The notes below the pieces were generated by a model that worked only from the letters and a program-made list of their open reading frames with translations, was not told where the DNA came from and searched no databases. Position numbers and translations under genes: made by a program. A stretch of 64,000 bases of DNA from an uncultured Bacteroidia bacterium (GTDB lineage: Bacteria > Bacteroidota > Bacteroidia > Bacteroidales > CAJPTX01), in NCBI GenBank assembly GCA_965240855.1, contig CBDEMG010000012.1:2307-66306 (forward strand). Reading direction: 5' to 3'. Shown piece after piece: positions 56,095 to 64,000 of this stretch. The first letter of the stretch is position 1. Each line of letters begins with the position of its first letter.

Positions 56095-58368
56095 TTAATG
56101 TATTACAACGAATTTTCCTGCGTAGGCTTGTTGTGACTTCTCGTGCGATATGAGAAGGAGGTATACACCACTAGCGACTTTATTTCCTCGTCCATTACGG
56201 AGATTCCAAGTAGCACGGCCACCTGCACTCTGTAGTTCGCATACAAGTTCGCCGCCACTATCTAGAATTTTTACGTAACTCTCGTCCATCAAGCCATCTA
56301 TAGTAAGCAAACCGCCAAATTCGGGTCGTACGGGATTTGGGTAGATATGTACATTATTGAAATTTTCTGCAGCAAGGGTGGCGGAGGATACAAGCATATT
56401 TGCACCATTTTGTGTTGCGGCGTAAAGTTTTCCATTGGAACTATCGTATGCAAGATCTTGTATGAGATCAGAAGTAAGTGGCGAATTCGCTTCTTTGAAT
56501 TCGTAGAGGAGTAATTTGCGGTTTGGGTCTACACAACGAATCCCATCCTTTGGAAAAGAAGTCCAGAGACGATTGCCAGGATCAACTACTAGATTATCTA
56601 CAATACCTTTTTCGTAGAGAGCTGTTTGCCCGTCGTTTGGGTCGTGAATAAATACAGCACTCAGAGCGATATTTTTACCTTTGAGCATTTGTTCGGGTGT
56701 ACGTGCGCGTACGAGACCGTCGTTGGTACCAATCCAGAGATCGTCTGTCGTATCGAAAGCCATTGAGAGAGGATGGGCTCCGTGGAACATTTGTTCACCC
56801 ATTAAAAATTGTCTCGCGTGCCCACTTTCGCCCTGCGTAGCGAAAAGTTGTTCGGGATCGAATGCCTCCAAATCGGTTGTTGCTTGATTTCCTACGAGAA
56901 GGTTGCCTTTTTTCGATAATCTCATTGTTGTGATATCGTCTGTGTAGTCGCGATCTAGAGGAGTAGATGTAATCTCATCTTGGCTAATTTTCAGCAGCTT
57001 TTTCCCAGCGATCGCATAGAGGTAGCCTTTTTTGCTATCAGTAGCTAGAGCGCTTATATAGACAGGCGATACGAGATCTTGTGCAAAGGGAATGCCATTT
57101 TGAGTAGAGTAGTGCTTAATAAGTTCTCCGTTCTCGTAAATAAGAATGCCATTTTTTTTTGTAGCAATAGCAACGCGGTTTGTTTTTTTGTTTAGCAAAG
57201 CAAGCGATGTTACTTGTACAGGGTGATCGAAATAGACATTAAGTCCTTCGTCAGCAGATTTTTTAATGAAGAAAAATGGTACATCTGTTGTGCCTGCGGG
57301 ATATGTTTCGCCATTGGTTAGCATCACCTCGTTGTTGCCCAATGCAAGTAGTTTGCTCGTATTTATAAATGCAGGACTTTGAGGAGAGAGTTGTGTTTGC
57401 GAACTTGCATTGTATAGAATAAGTCCGCGATGTTTACTAGCGATGTAGTAAGCATTTTGGTTGCTGGGATAGATAGCTACAGCTCGGAGTTGTTCATGAA
57501 TGGGTCGTGAAAGATCGTTGTATAGTAAACTCTCTTCGCCAGTGAGTGTAATTTGTGCGATACCTTGAGCCTCAGGGACGAAAATTTGTTGTCCATCGAA
57601 TGCAGGCTTGCCCGTACATTCAGTAGCTCTGGAGGCAATGCGTTGCCAGAGGTTATTATTATAGTACCAAAGTTCGTAGCCTATTGAAAGTTTTTTGAGA
57701 GCAATAAGGGCGTCGGCGTAGGATACAAGAGCGGTAATTTCTCCATTTAGATTACTTAGTTTTTTAGGAAGCGGTATACGTTCTTCGATTAAATCGAAAG
57801 CATAGACACCTTCCGAGGTTCCGATGAAGACTTTTTGTTCGTTTGCAGTAATGCAGAGGAGTTTTAGAGGATGTGTATTATTTGTAGCCCAGATACGACT
57901 CTCGTGTAAGAGTTTGTTCTGGCGGAAAAGATAAAGATACTCGTTGCTGAGCCCAAGGAGTTGTTCGTTTGGAATCGTTGTAAGGTGGGTGATAGGCGTA
58001 CGAAGTCCGCGAGTAACCTGTTCTTCTAATAAGGAAAAGGTTAGGGCATGTGTATTAGTGGTGATATAATCGATACGTCCTGACTGGTAACTTACCCAAA
58101 ATTCTCCGGAGGGAGCAAGTGCTACAGTTGCAATATCTGCGGCACTCAGAGTATTTAGTTTTGTGTAACGAGTCCGTTCGCCCGATTCAAAACGAAAGCG
58201 AAGAATGGAATTGCGAGTGAAATTGAGACATTCGTTACTATTCCATACTAATCCTTGGGAGGCATAGTAAGAAAATAAATCGCCCCACTGTCCAGGTTGG
58301 GCGAGTAGGGCGTTACTACACACAAAGGAGAAAAAAAAGATACTCAGTTGTAAAAGACGTTGTTTCAT
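56095..58368 (-). CDS. Two-beta-propeller protein with a T9SS type A C-terminal domain (PorZ-like)
   Basis: It has a signal peptide and repeated propeller blades. The C-terminus is IYPNPVRPEFGGLLTIDGL..SYVKILD.GGELV........GRATWNLRN..G..VASGVYLLLI. Its size and architecture resemble PorZ. Confidence 0.6.
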   Translation of the reverse strand: MKQRLLQLSIFFFSFVCSNALLAQPGQWGDLFSYYASQGLVWNSNECLNFTRNSILRFRFESGERTRYTKLNTLSAADIATVALAPSGEFWVSYQSGRIDYITTNTHALTFSLLEEQVTRGLRTPITHLTTIPNEQLLGLSNEYLYLFRQNKLLHESRIWATNNTHPLKLLCITANEQKVFIGTSEGVYAFDLIEERIPLPKKLSNLNGEITALVSYADALIALKKLSIGYELWYYNNNLWQRIASRATECTGKPAFDGQQIFVPEAQGIAQITLTGEESLLYNDLSRPIHEQLRAVAIYPSNQNAYYIASKHRGLILYNASSQTQLSPQSPAFINTSKLLALGNNEVMLTNGETYPAGTTDVPFFFIKKSADEGLNVYFDHPVQVTSLALLNKKTNRVAIATKKNGILIYENGELIKHYSTQNGIPFAQDLVSPVYISALATDSKKGYLYAIAGKKLLKISQDEITSTPLDRDYTDDITTMRLSKKGNLLVGNQATTDLEAFDPEQLFATQGESGHARQFLMGEQMFHGAHPLSMAFDTTDDLWIGTNDGLVRARTPEQMLKGKNIALSAVFIHDPNDGQTALYEKGIVDNLVVDPGNRLWTSFPKDGIRCVDPNRKLLLYEFKEANSPLTSDLIQDLAYDSSNGKLYAATQNGANMLVSSATLAAENFNNVHIYPNPVRPEFGGLLTIDGLMDESYVKILDSGGELVCELQSAGGRATWNLRNGRGNKVASGVYLLLISHEKSQQAYAGKFVVIH

Positions 58369-58955
58369 GGGCGTGGGTCAATAATATGGAGGAACTCGAC
58401 CATTTTTTTTATAGCTAGTCCGCGGTGGCTGATACGATTTTTTGTGGTAAGATCGAGTTCGGCAAATGATTGTGTATAGCCTTCTGGGCGAAAGATCGGG
58501 TCGTATCCAAACCCCTGTTTTCCTGTAGGAGTAGTAAGAATTTCGCCGTCGACTCGTCCTTCGAATTGGTGGAGTTCGTCGTTGATAATAAGTGTAACCA
58601 CAGTACGAAAACATGCGCGTCGGTCGGAGATATTGCTCAACTCATGAAGGAGTTTTCTCATATTGTCTTCGAAAGAGCATTGGTTGCCAGCATAACGCGC
58701 AGAGTAGACACCAGGAGCTCCGTTGAGAGCAAGAACTTCGAGACCAGTATCGTCAGAAAAAACGGGACAATGCAGGGCATCGTATAAGAAGCGAGCTTTT
58801 TGTGCGGAGTTTTCTTCTAGGGTTTGATAATCCTCGGGAATCTCCCCAGCGAGTTGCATACATTCACTTGCGAGGTATACATGATCTTGTGGGCGCAGGA
58901 GAGCTACCACCTCGTCGCGTTTATGTTTGTTATGCGATGCAAAGACTAAATCCAT
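58365..58955 (-). CDS. rdgB: Non-canonical purine NTP pyrophosphatase (RdgB/HAM1 family)
   Basis: The motifs FASHNKHKRDE, DDTGLEV.AL.G.PGVYSARY and GFGYDPIF identify it. Confidence 0.9.
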   Translation of the reverse strand: MDLVFASHNKHKRDEVVALLRPQDHVYLASECMQLAGEIPEDYQTLEENSAQKARFLYDALHCPVFSDDTGLEVLALNGAPGVYSARYAGNQCSFEDNMRKLLHELSNISDRRACFRTVVTLIINDELHQFEGRVDGEILTTPTGKQGFGYDPIFRPEGYTQSFAELDLTTKNRISHRGLAIKKMVEFLHIIDPRP

Positions 58956-58975
58956 TCTAATCTATTGTTTAAATC

Positions 58976-60700
58976 TCAATCAATGATTGAAGTAAGCATG
59001 TGATCGATTTTTTCCTTGAGAAGGGAGTCAATGCTAGGTGAGTATTCGTTGTTGCACACTCCGATGTAGTATTTTATTTTGGGTTCTGTACCTGAGGGGC
59101 GTATAAGAATTTGCGAACCTTTATCTGTCACAAACTCGAGCACATCAGCTCGTAGCGTAACAGGAGTCAGTTCTTGGTTATTCTGTAGGTTTAGGCTCTC
59201 GCCAGTAGTATAGTCGGTAAAACGCACGACTTTTTCGCCAGCAATTTCGTGAGGAGGAGTGGTACGGAGTTTTCGCATGCGCTCGGCGATTTCTTCGAGG
59301 CCTTTACTACCTTTTCGTACTAACGAATGTTGTGTGTGTTTCCAATAGCCAAATTTGGCATAGATATGTAAAAGGATCTCGTGCAAGTCGGTTTTGTGTA
59401 CAAGAGCCCAAGTGGCAAAATCTGCGAGGAGCAAGGCTGCTTGAACAGCATCTTTATCGCGTACCGAGGAGCCTACTAGATATCCGTGACTCTCTTCAGC
59501 TCCCATAACAAAACGATATTTTGCTTCGGCGAGTGCAATTTCTTGTGCGATATATTTAAACCCCGTGAGAACTTGTCGCATTTCTACCTTGTAGGCTGCA
59601 GCAATAGTATCTAAAAGGGGAGAGGTAACGATGGTCCGTACCATGAAACGCTTTCCTTTGTTGCGACCGAGCTCCTTTTCTTTTTCAAGAATGTAGTAGG
59701 TAAGGAGTGTAGCTATTTGGTTGCCATCGAAGCGAATGAGGTCTCCTTGAGCATTACGCGCATAGAGCCCGATCCGATCGGCATCAGGATCGGTTCCGAG
59801 TACTATATTAGCATTCGTCTCTTGTGCGAGTAGTACTGCCATGCTCATAGCCTCGGGATCTTCGGGATTTGGGGAGTTCACGGTAGAGAAATTACCATCG
59901 GCCTCCTTTTGTTTATTAACGACGTGTATATTTTTGTAGCCTCTCCTTTTGAGTAATTGTGGGATGAGGTTGCCTCCAGTGCCATGTATGGGAGTATAGA
60001 CAATAACTAAATCGTTCGCTTTTGTAGGAAGCTTTTGTAGGCAATAGGGGCTTGAGAGCAGAGAGCTGAGATACACCTCGTCAATCTCATTGCCGATTCT
60101 CACGATATTGTTTGGATCGCCCTTGTGCTTGATCTCTTCGGGTTTAGTAAGAAGATGTACCTGTTCAATAATCCCCTTGTCGTGAGGAGCCACAACTTGC
60201 GCACCATCGCACCAATAGACTTTGTAGCCGTTGTACTCTTTTGGATTGTGTGAGGCCGTGATAACAATACCTGCTTGACAAGCGAGAGTACGCACTGTAA
60301 AACTTAGTTGAGGCGTTGGACGTAGACTCTCGTACAAGAATACTCGTATTCCATTGGCTGCTAGAGTATCGGCAGCAATCTCGGCAAAGCGACTACTATT
60401 GTTGCGACAATCGTAAGCAATAGCAACGCGGAGTTCCGTGGCTTGTGTGTAGTAATTGTGGAGATAATTGGCGAGCCCTTGCGTAGCTCGAGCTACAGTG
60501 TAGATATTGAGCCTGTTCGGTCCCACACCCATTAATCCACGCATTCCCCCAGTGCCGAACTCGAGATTCGAACCGAAGGCTTCCTGCAGACCTGCGGGAT
60601 CGTTTTCGAGTAGATATTGTACGCGCTCGCGAGTATCCGAATCGTATTCATACGAGAGCCACTCTCGTACTCGCGACATCACTTCCTCAGATATCTCCAT
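58976..60700 (-). CDS. Phospho-sugar mutase (phosphoglucomutase/phosphomannomutase family)
   Basis: The active-site loop is TASHNPKEYNGYKV and the metal loop is GTDPDADR. Length is 574 aa. Confidence 0.9.
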   Translation of the reverse strand: MEISEEVMSRVREWLSYEYDSDTRERVQYLLENDPAGLQEAFGSNLEFGTGGMRGLMGVGPNRLNIYTVARATQGLANYLHNYYTQATELRVAIAYDCRNNSSRFAEIAADTLAANGIRVFLYESLRPTPQLSFTVRTLACQAGIVITASHNPKEYNGYKVYWCDGAQVVAPHDKGIIEQVHLLTKPEEIKHKGDPNNIVRIGNEIDEVYLSSLLSSPYCLQKLPTKANDLVIVYTPIHGTGGNLIPQLLKRRGYKNIHVVNKQKEADGNFSTVNSPNPEDPEAMSMAVLLAQETNANIVLGTDPDADRIGLYARNAQGDLIRFDGNQIATLLTYYILEKEKELGRNKGKRFMVRTIVTSPLLDTIAAAYKVEMRQVLTGFKYIAQEIALAEAKYRFVMGAEESHGYLVGSSVRDKDAVQAALLLADFATWALVHKTDLHEILLHIYAKFGYWKHTQHSLVRKGSKGLEEIAERMRKLRTTPPHEIAGEKVVRFTDYTTGESLNLQNNQELTPVTLRADVLEFVTDKGSQILIRPSGTEPKIKYYIGVCNNEYSPSIDSLLKEKIDHMLTSIID

Positions 60701-60718
60701 CTATATTAGTCTTAGTCG

Positions 60719-61600
60719 TTAAAAATAATTCAACTTGTAGAAAGTGCCGTTGTCCTTAGCTAATAAGTGATGATAGCAAGCAGAGACTCCTTCCATCCAA
60801 TTTTGAGCGTTGAGATGCCAAAGTGCACGAGAGTAGGTAGAATCGAGTACGCTAAACGATGGTCGAGGAGCGGCAGCTTTCCATTCCTCAGTATTGATAG
60901 GAACGATGGTGTTGGATGTTCCAGCTAGATAGCGTATAAAACAAGCGAAATCGTACCAAGAACAGATCCCGAGATCTGTATAGTGGAAGACTCCTCGTTG
61001 GGTGAAACCAGAGGTAACAATACTAGAAATGGCATTAGCAAGATTACCTGTCCACGTAGGAGAGCCGCACTGATCAGCTACTACCCGCAGGGATTCGCCA
61101 GCTAAGCATTTTTTGAGAATGGTGCGGAAGAAGTTTTTTCCGAAGTAGGAGTAAAGCCAACTCGTACGCAAGACTATCCCAGTTTCAGTATTGAGCACAG
61201 CAACCTCGCCAGCATATTTGCTTTGAGCGTATATCCCTTCAGGATGTACTACTGCGTGTTCGTTATGAGGGGAGTTGCCAACACCCCCAAAAACATAATC
61301 TGTGGAGATGTGTAGGAGGGCGATTCCTCTTTCGGCACAAGATTCTGCAAGCTGACGTACAGCGTATGCATTAATAGCAAAAGCTAGATCTGGATGGTTT
61401 TGTGCGGCATCGACAGCAGTGTAGGCAGCACAATTTACAATCCATGCAGGTTTTTCGCGCTCTAGGAATTGGCGAACGGCTCTCGTGTCTTGTATATCGA
61501 GAGTATTGTGATCTAGATAGAGTACATCGCTAAACGCTTTTTGCGCTTGCAATGTGCTCCCAAGTTGCCCAGAGCTTCCAGTTACAATCACTTGTGCCAC
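60719..61600 (-). CDS. rfbD: dTDP-4-dehydrorhamnose reductase
   Basis: The Rossmann motif is VIVTGSSGQLGS. GTG 61600 sits 1 nt after the rfbC stop; the track's extension to 61741 overlaps rfbC. Confidence 0.88.
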   Translation of the reverse strand: MAQVIVTGSSGQLGSTLQAQKAFSDVLYLDHNTLDIQDTRAVRQFLEREKPAWIVNCAAYTAVDAAQNHPDLAFAINAYAVRQLAESCAERGIALLHISTDYVFGGVGNSPHNEHAVVHPEGIYAQSKYAGEVAVLNTETGIVLRTSWLYSYFGKNFFRTILKKCLAGESLRVVADQCGSPTWTGNLANAISSIVTSGFTQRGVFHYTDLGICSWYDFACFIRYLAGTSNTIVPINTEEWKAAAPRPSFSVLDSTYSRALWHLNAQNWMEGVSACYHHLLAKDNGTFYKLNYF

Positions 61601-61601
61601 G

Positions 61602-62159
61602 TTAAGCTTCGTTAGATGTTTCGGAATGTTTGAGGAAGTTGGGGTGCTTCTTGTCTTTTTCTGATACAATGATCGCTTGTTCAGGAATTCCCCAATCAAT
61701 AGCCAGAGTGGGATCGTTGTAGGCGATACCTTTTTCTGCAATAGGATTCCAAAAGGCGTCGCATTTGTACTGTACTACGGCGTGTGGACTGTGTACGGCA
61801 TAGCCATGTGCAAACCCATGAGGGATGTAGAGCATGTTGTGTTCGATAGCATCTAGCCATACGGCTACGTGCTGCCCGTAGGTAGGCGAGGCTTTTCGGA
61901 CATCAACAGCGACATCTAAGATTTTCCCTTCTAAAACTCCCACCAGTTTTGCTTGTGGGGATGGGGGAAGCTGAAGATGGAGTCCACGGATAACTCCATA
62001 GGACGACTCGGCTACGTTATCCTGTACAAAAGTATTTTGAAAACCGAGGGCATCCCATCCGAGAGCATTGAAACTTTCGAAGAACGCACCTCGATTATCT
62101 CGGTGTATAAAGGGGTGTACAATAAAAACCCCTTCTAATGCAGTCGCCTCAATTTCCAT
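61602..62159 (-). CDS. rfbC: dTDP-4-dehydrorhamnose 3,5-epimerase
   Basis: It has the cupin-fold motifs FxDxRG (HRDNRGAF), RGLHLQ and GFAHGY. Confidence 0.93.
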   Translation of the reverse strand: MEIEATALEGVFIVHPFIHRDNRGAFFESFNALGWDALGFQNTFVQDNVAESSYGVIRGLHLQLPPSPQAKLVGVLEGKILDVAVDVRKASPTYGQHVAVWLDAIEHNMLYIPHGFAHGYAVHSPHAVVQYKCDAFWNPIAEKGIAYNDPTLAIDWGIPEQAIIVSEKDKKHPNFLKHSETSNEA

Positions 62160-62209
62160 TCTATTTCTTCTCCCTTTTCAATATCATTTGTACTATATCA
62201 ACGACCATG

Positions 62210-62217
62210 CAAAATTA
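62210..62217 (-). promoter_or_regulatory. -7 promoter box TAATTTTG upstream of rfbC
   Basis: The plus-strand CAAAATTA is an exact TAnnTTTG on the minus strand, 50 nt upstream of ATG 62159. Confidence 0.45.
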
Positions 62218-62250
62218 CGACTTTTCTAAATGCAGTTTTACGGAATGTTG

Positions 62251-62306
62251 GGTATAAGGGAGAGAAAGAAAGGTATGACAAGAAGAAAGAGGTAGAGAGG
62301 GGATAG
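62251..62306 (+). other. 56-nt polypurine (plus strand) / polypyrimidine tract
   Basis: The sequence GGTATAAGGGAGAGAAAGAAAGGTATGACAAGAAGAAAGAGGTAGAGAGGGGATAG has 49 purines in 56 positions. Confidence 0.9.
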
Positions 62307-62438
62307 CCGTGTAACTCTTCTTGGAAAAGCTTTCGACTTTTTTGTTTTCTATAATTGAAAATAGGAGAGGATTTTTGTGTACATAGGGTGGTATTTTGTA
62401 AAAAAACGGGGAAATCTGTCGTATTTTTTGGCACAAAA

Positions 62439-62468
62439 TTTGATAAACTCATTTTATCGCTATATTTG
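62439..62468 (+). promoter_or_regulatory. Complete sigma-A type promoter (-33 TTTG, 18-nt spacer, -7 TATATTTG) for the ECF sigma gene
   Basis: TTTG lies at 62439-62442 and an exact TAnnTTTG at 62461-62468, 68 nt upstream of GTG 62537. Confidence 0.6.
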
Positions 62469-62536
62469 CACGAGAGTTTAACGTAAAAAGTAAGAAGCCT
62501 ATCGAGTGATATTTACGTAACCAAGCATTTGCAGAC

Positions 62537-63133
62537 GTGAATACTTCATATTCAGAAACCGAGAATGTAACTCTCATAGCAGAGTTACAGGGAGGAAGTG
62601 TGGAAGCGGCCGAGCATCTTTTTGCCAAATACGAAAATCGGTTGCACAATTATATTTTATCGTCGGTCAAAGACGATACGATAGCTCGTGATCTCCTTCA
62701 AGATACGATGCTTAAGGCTTTTGTATCGATCAAGCGAGGTCAGTATCGTGAGGACGGTCGTTTTGAGCCTTGGCTTGTGCGCATTGCTCGTAATGTATTG
62801 ATGGATCATTATCGAGATCGGAAGCGTTTTCATCAGGTACACTCAGATCGCGAGGTCTCGATGCTCCCAGATACGTTTGCTTCGAATGTAACGCCAGATA
62901 CCGAATTGTTAGCTTCGCAGCAACGTACACAGGTACGCGAACTCATACAGGAGCTTCCTGAAACGCAAAAAGAGGTGGTGATTTTACGCCATTTCTTAGG
63001 GTTGACTTTTCAAGAGATTGCAGTACATACGGGTGTGAGCATCAATACAGCGTTAGGGCGCATGCGTTATGCCCTCATTAATTTACGAAAGATAGCTTCG
63101 GAGCACCAGATTCTAGATTTTACGAGGATCTAG
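62537..63133 (+). CDS. ECF-type RNA polymerase sigma factor (sigma-70 family, group 4)
   Basis: Region 2 is ARDLLQDTMLKAF...W..RIARNVLMDHYR. Region 4 is LPETQKEVVILRHFLGLTFQEIAVHTGVSINTALGRMRYA. The start is GTG. Confidence 0.88.
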   Translation: MNTSYSETENVTLIAELQGGSVEAAEHLFAKYENRLHNYILSSVKDDTIARDLLQDTMLKAFVSIKRGQYREDGRFEPWLVRIARNVLMDHYRDRKRFHQVHSDREVSMLPDTFASNVTPDTELLASQQRTQVRELIQELPETQKEVVILRHFLGLTFQEIAVHTGVSINTALGRMRYALINLRKIASEHQILDFTRI

Positions 63134-63353
63134 TGGGGAGGGAAGAGACTGTATATAACTCTTGGAGTTGGGTATTAACCTAATCGGAGAGTAGGTGTGT
63201 TTGTAGCTTCTCTGATTTGAAGAGGCTTGAGGTGGACGATATGAGTCTCAATTCTGAGCAAATACCTAGTCACTCTGTTGGTGTGTTTGGTGACAATAAA
63301 TTTTAATGCATCTTGTTTAACCCATGTTAATTCGGAAATAAACATTAGAGGAA

Positions 63354-64000
63354 ATGGAAGAGCGGCAAGACGTAGATATTCGAGAATTGAATACACGCAT
63401 CGAGCGGGAGAGTTCTTTTGTGGATATGCTTACGATGGAGCTCTCGCGAGTGATAGTGGGTCAGCGACATCTGGTAGAATCGTTACTTATCGGATTACTT
63501 GCGGATGGGCATATCTTGTTGGAGGGAGTTCCAGGTCTGGCAAAGACGTTGGCGATAAGTACCCTATCTCGTAGTATAGATGGGCATTTTGCTCGTGTAC
63601 AGTTTACGCCAGATTTGCTGCCAGCAGATCTTATAGGGACTATGATTTACAGTCAGAAGCGCGAGGAGTTTGAAGTAAAGAAGGGACCTATTTTTGCGAA
63701 TTTTGTGTTGGCGGACGAAATAAATCGTGCACCCGCCAAAGTACAAAGTGCACTGCTAGAGGCTATGCAGGAGAGGCAAGTAACGATAGGAGAGACAACC
63801 TATAAATTACCAGCTCCGTTCTTAGTACTTGCAACACAAAACCCAATAGAACAGGAAGGAACCTATCCTTTACCCGAGGCGCAAGTCGATCGTTTTATGC
63901 TTAAGGTCGTTTTGGATTATCCGAAGAAGGAAGAGGAAAAATTGATAGTACGCCAAAATGTAACCGGAACGTTTGCAGAGGTTCGTCCTGTGATAAAACC
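63354..64000 (+). CDS. MoxR-like AAA+ ATPase, N-terminal part (3' end outside window); likely first gene of a Bat-type operon
   Basis: This ORF is not in the supplied track because it has no stop within the window. Motifs include [33 protein letters not shown] (Walker A), [23 protein letters not shown] and [22 protein letters not shown]. Confidence 0.9.
   Translation, partial: MEERQDVDIRELNTRIERESSFVDMLTMELSRVIVGQRHLVESLLIGLLADGHILLEGVPGLAKTLAISTLSRSIDGHFARVQFTPDLLPADLIGTMIYSQKREEFEVKKGPIFANFVLADEINRAPAKVQSALLEAMQERQVTIGETTYKLPAPFLVLATQNPIEQEGTYPLPEAQVDRFMLKVVLDYPKKEEEKLIVRQNVTGTFAEVRPVIK

Noticed and set aside
62198-62452. Two overlapping minus-strand ORFs of 84 and 73 aa upstream of rfbC.
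   Set aside because: They lie in a polypyrimidine tract and promoter region, have low-complexity Ser/Phe/Leu/Pro-rich products, and occupy mutually exclusive frames. They are probably compositional artefacts.
63134-63353. I looked for an anti-sigma factor among the ORFs after the ECF sigma gene: 63278-63574 (+), 63175-63396 (-) and a 21-codon plus-strand ORF.
   Set aside because: 63278-63574 is out of frame over the clearly real MoxR gene. The minus-strand ORF has no TM or zf-HC2 features. The 21-codon ORF has no distinguishing features.
1-64000. I scanned the whole window for CRISPR arrays, IS elements, integrases, phage genes, toxin-antitoxin pairs and restriction-modification genes.
   Set aside because: I saw no regularly spaced direct repeats, no transposase, integrase or recombinase motifs, and no terminal inverted repeats. 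tRNA-Pro has no adjacent integrase or att-like duplication.

Overview
This 64-kb segment looks like Bacteroidota chromosome. The evidence is T9SS type A and type B C-terminal sorting domains, a DUF4492-cydAB operon, an RpoD that starts [15 protein letters not shown], and exact TAnnTTTG (-7) promoter boxes in the correct orientation upstream of many start codons (most 30-70 nt away, three within 4-14 nt). I call 60 protein-coding genes, two of them cut by the window edges. Two are missing from the supplied ORF track: the 3' MoxR ATPase and a 34-codon ORF after cydB. I also call one tRNA-Pro(CGG), about 11 stem-loop terminators and about 14 promoter boxes. Many track ORFs begin at upstream TTG/GTG codons, so I moved those starts to the first plausible ATG (for example rpoD, acpP, sufD, rfbD, nusB). 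Gene content is almost entirely housekeeping: an M16 peptidase pair, RelA/SpoT, lgt, parE, dusB, cydAB, tlyA, rnc-fabF-acpP, purN, rpoD, htrA, dnaN plus exonuclease, nusB-yajC-coaE, tilS, sufBCDS, floA, recO, rdgB, pgm and rfbCD. I found no transposase, integrase, phage gene, CRISPR array or obvious island. The items most worth a second look are these. (1) An ORF that fuses a sigma-70 region-2-like domain to a PDZ-like domain, lying between a DegS-type htrA and rpoD. (2) A two-gene cassette encoding a Cys-cluster protein and a CbbX/SpoVK-type AAA+ protein with both Walker motifs lost, tightly coupled to a MATE exporter. (3) An in-frame PhoH-PurC fusion. (4) An unannotated small membrane ORF at the 3' end of the cyd operon. 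(5) A 544-bp ORF-free region that may encode an ncRNA. All family assignments come from reading motifs by eye, with no database search.
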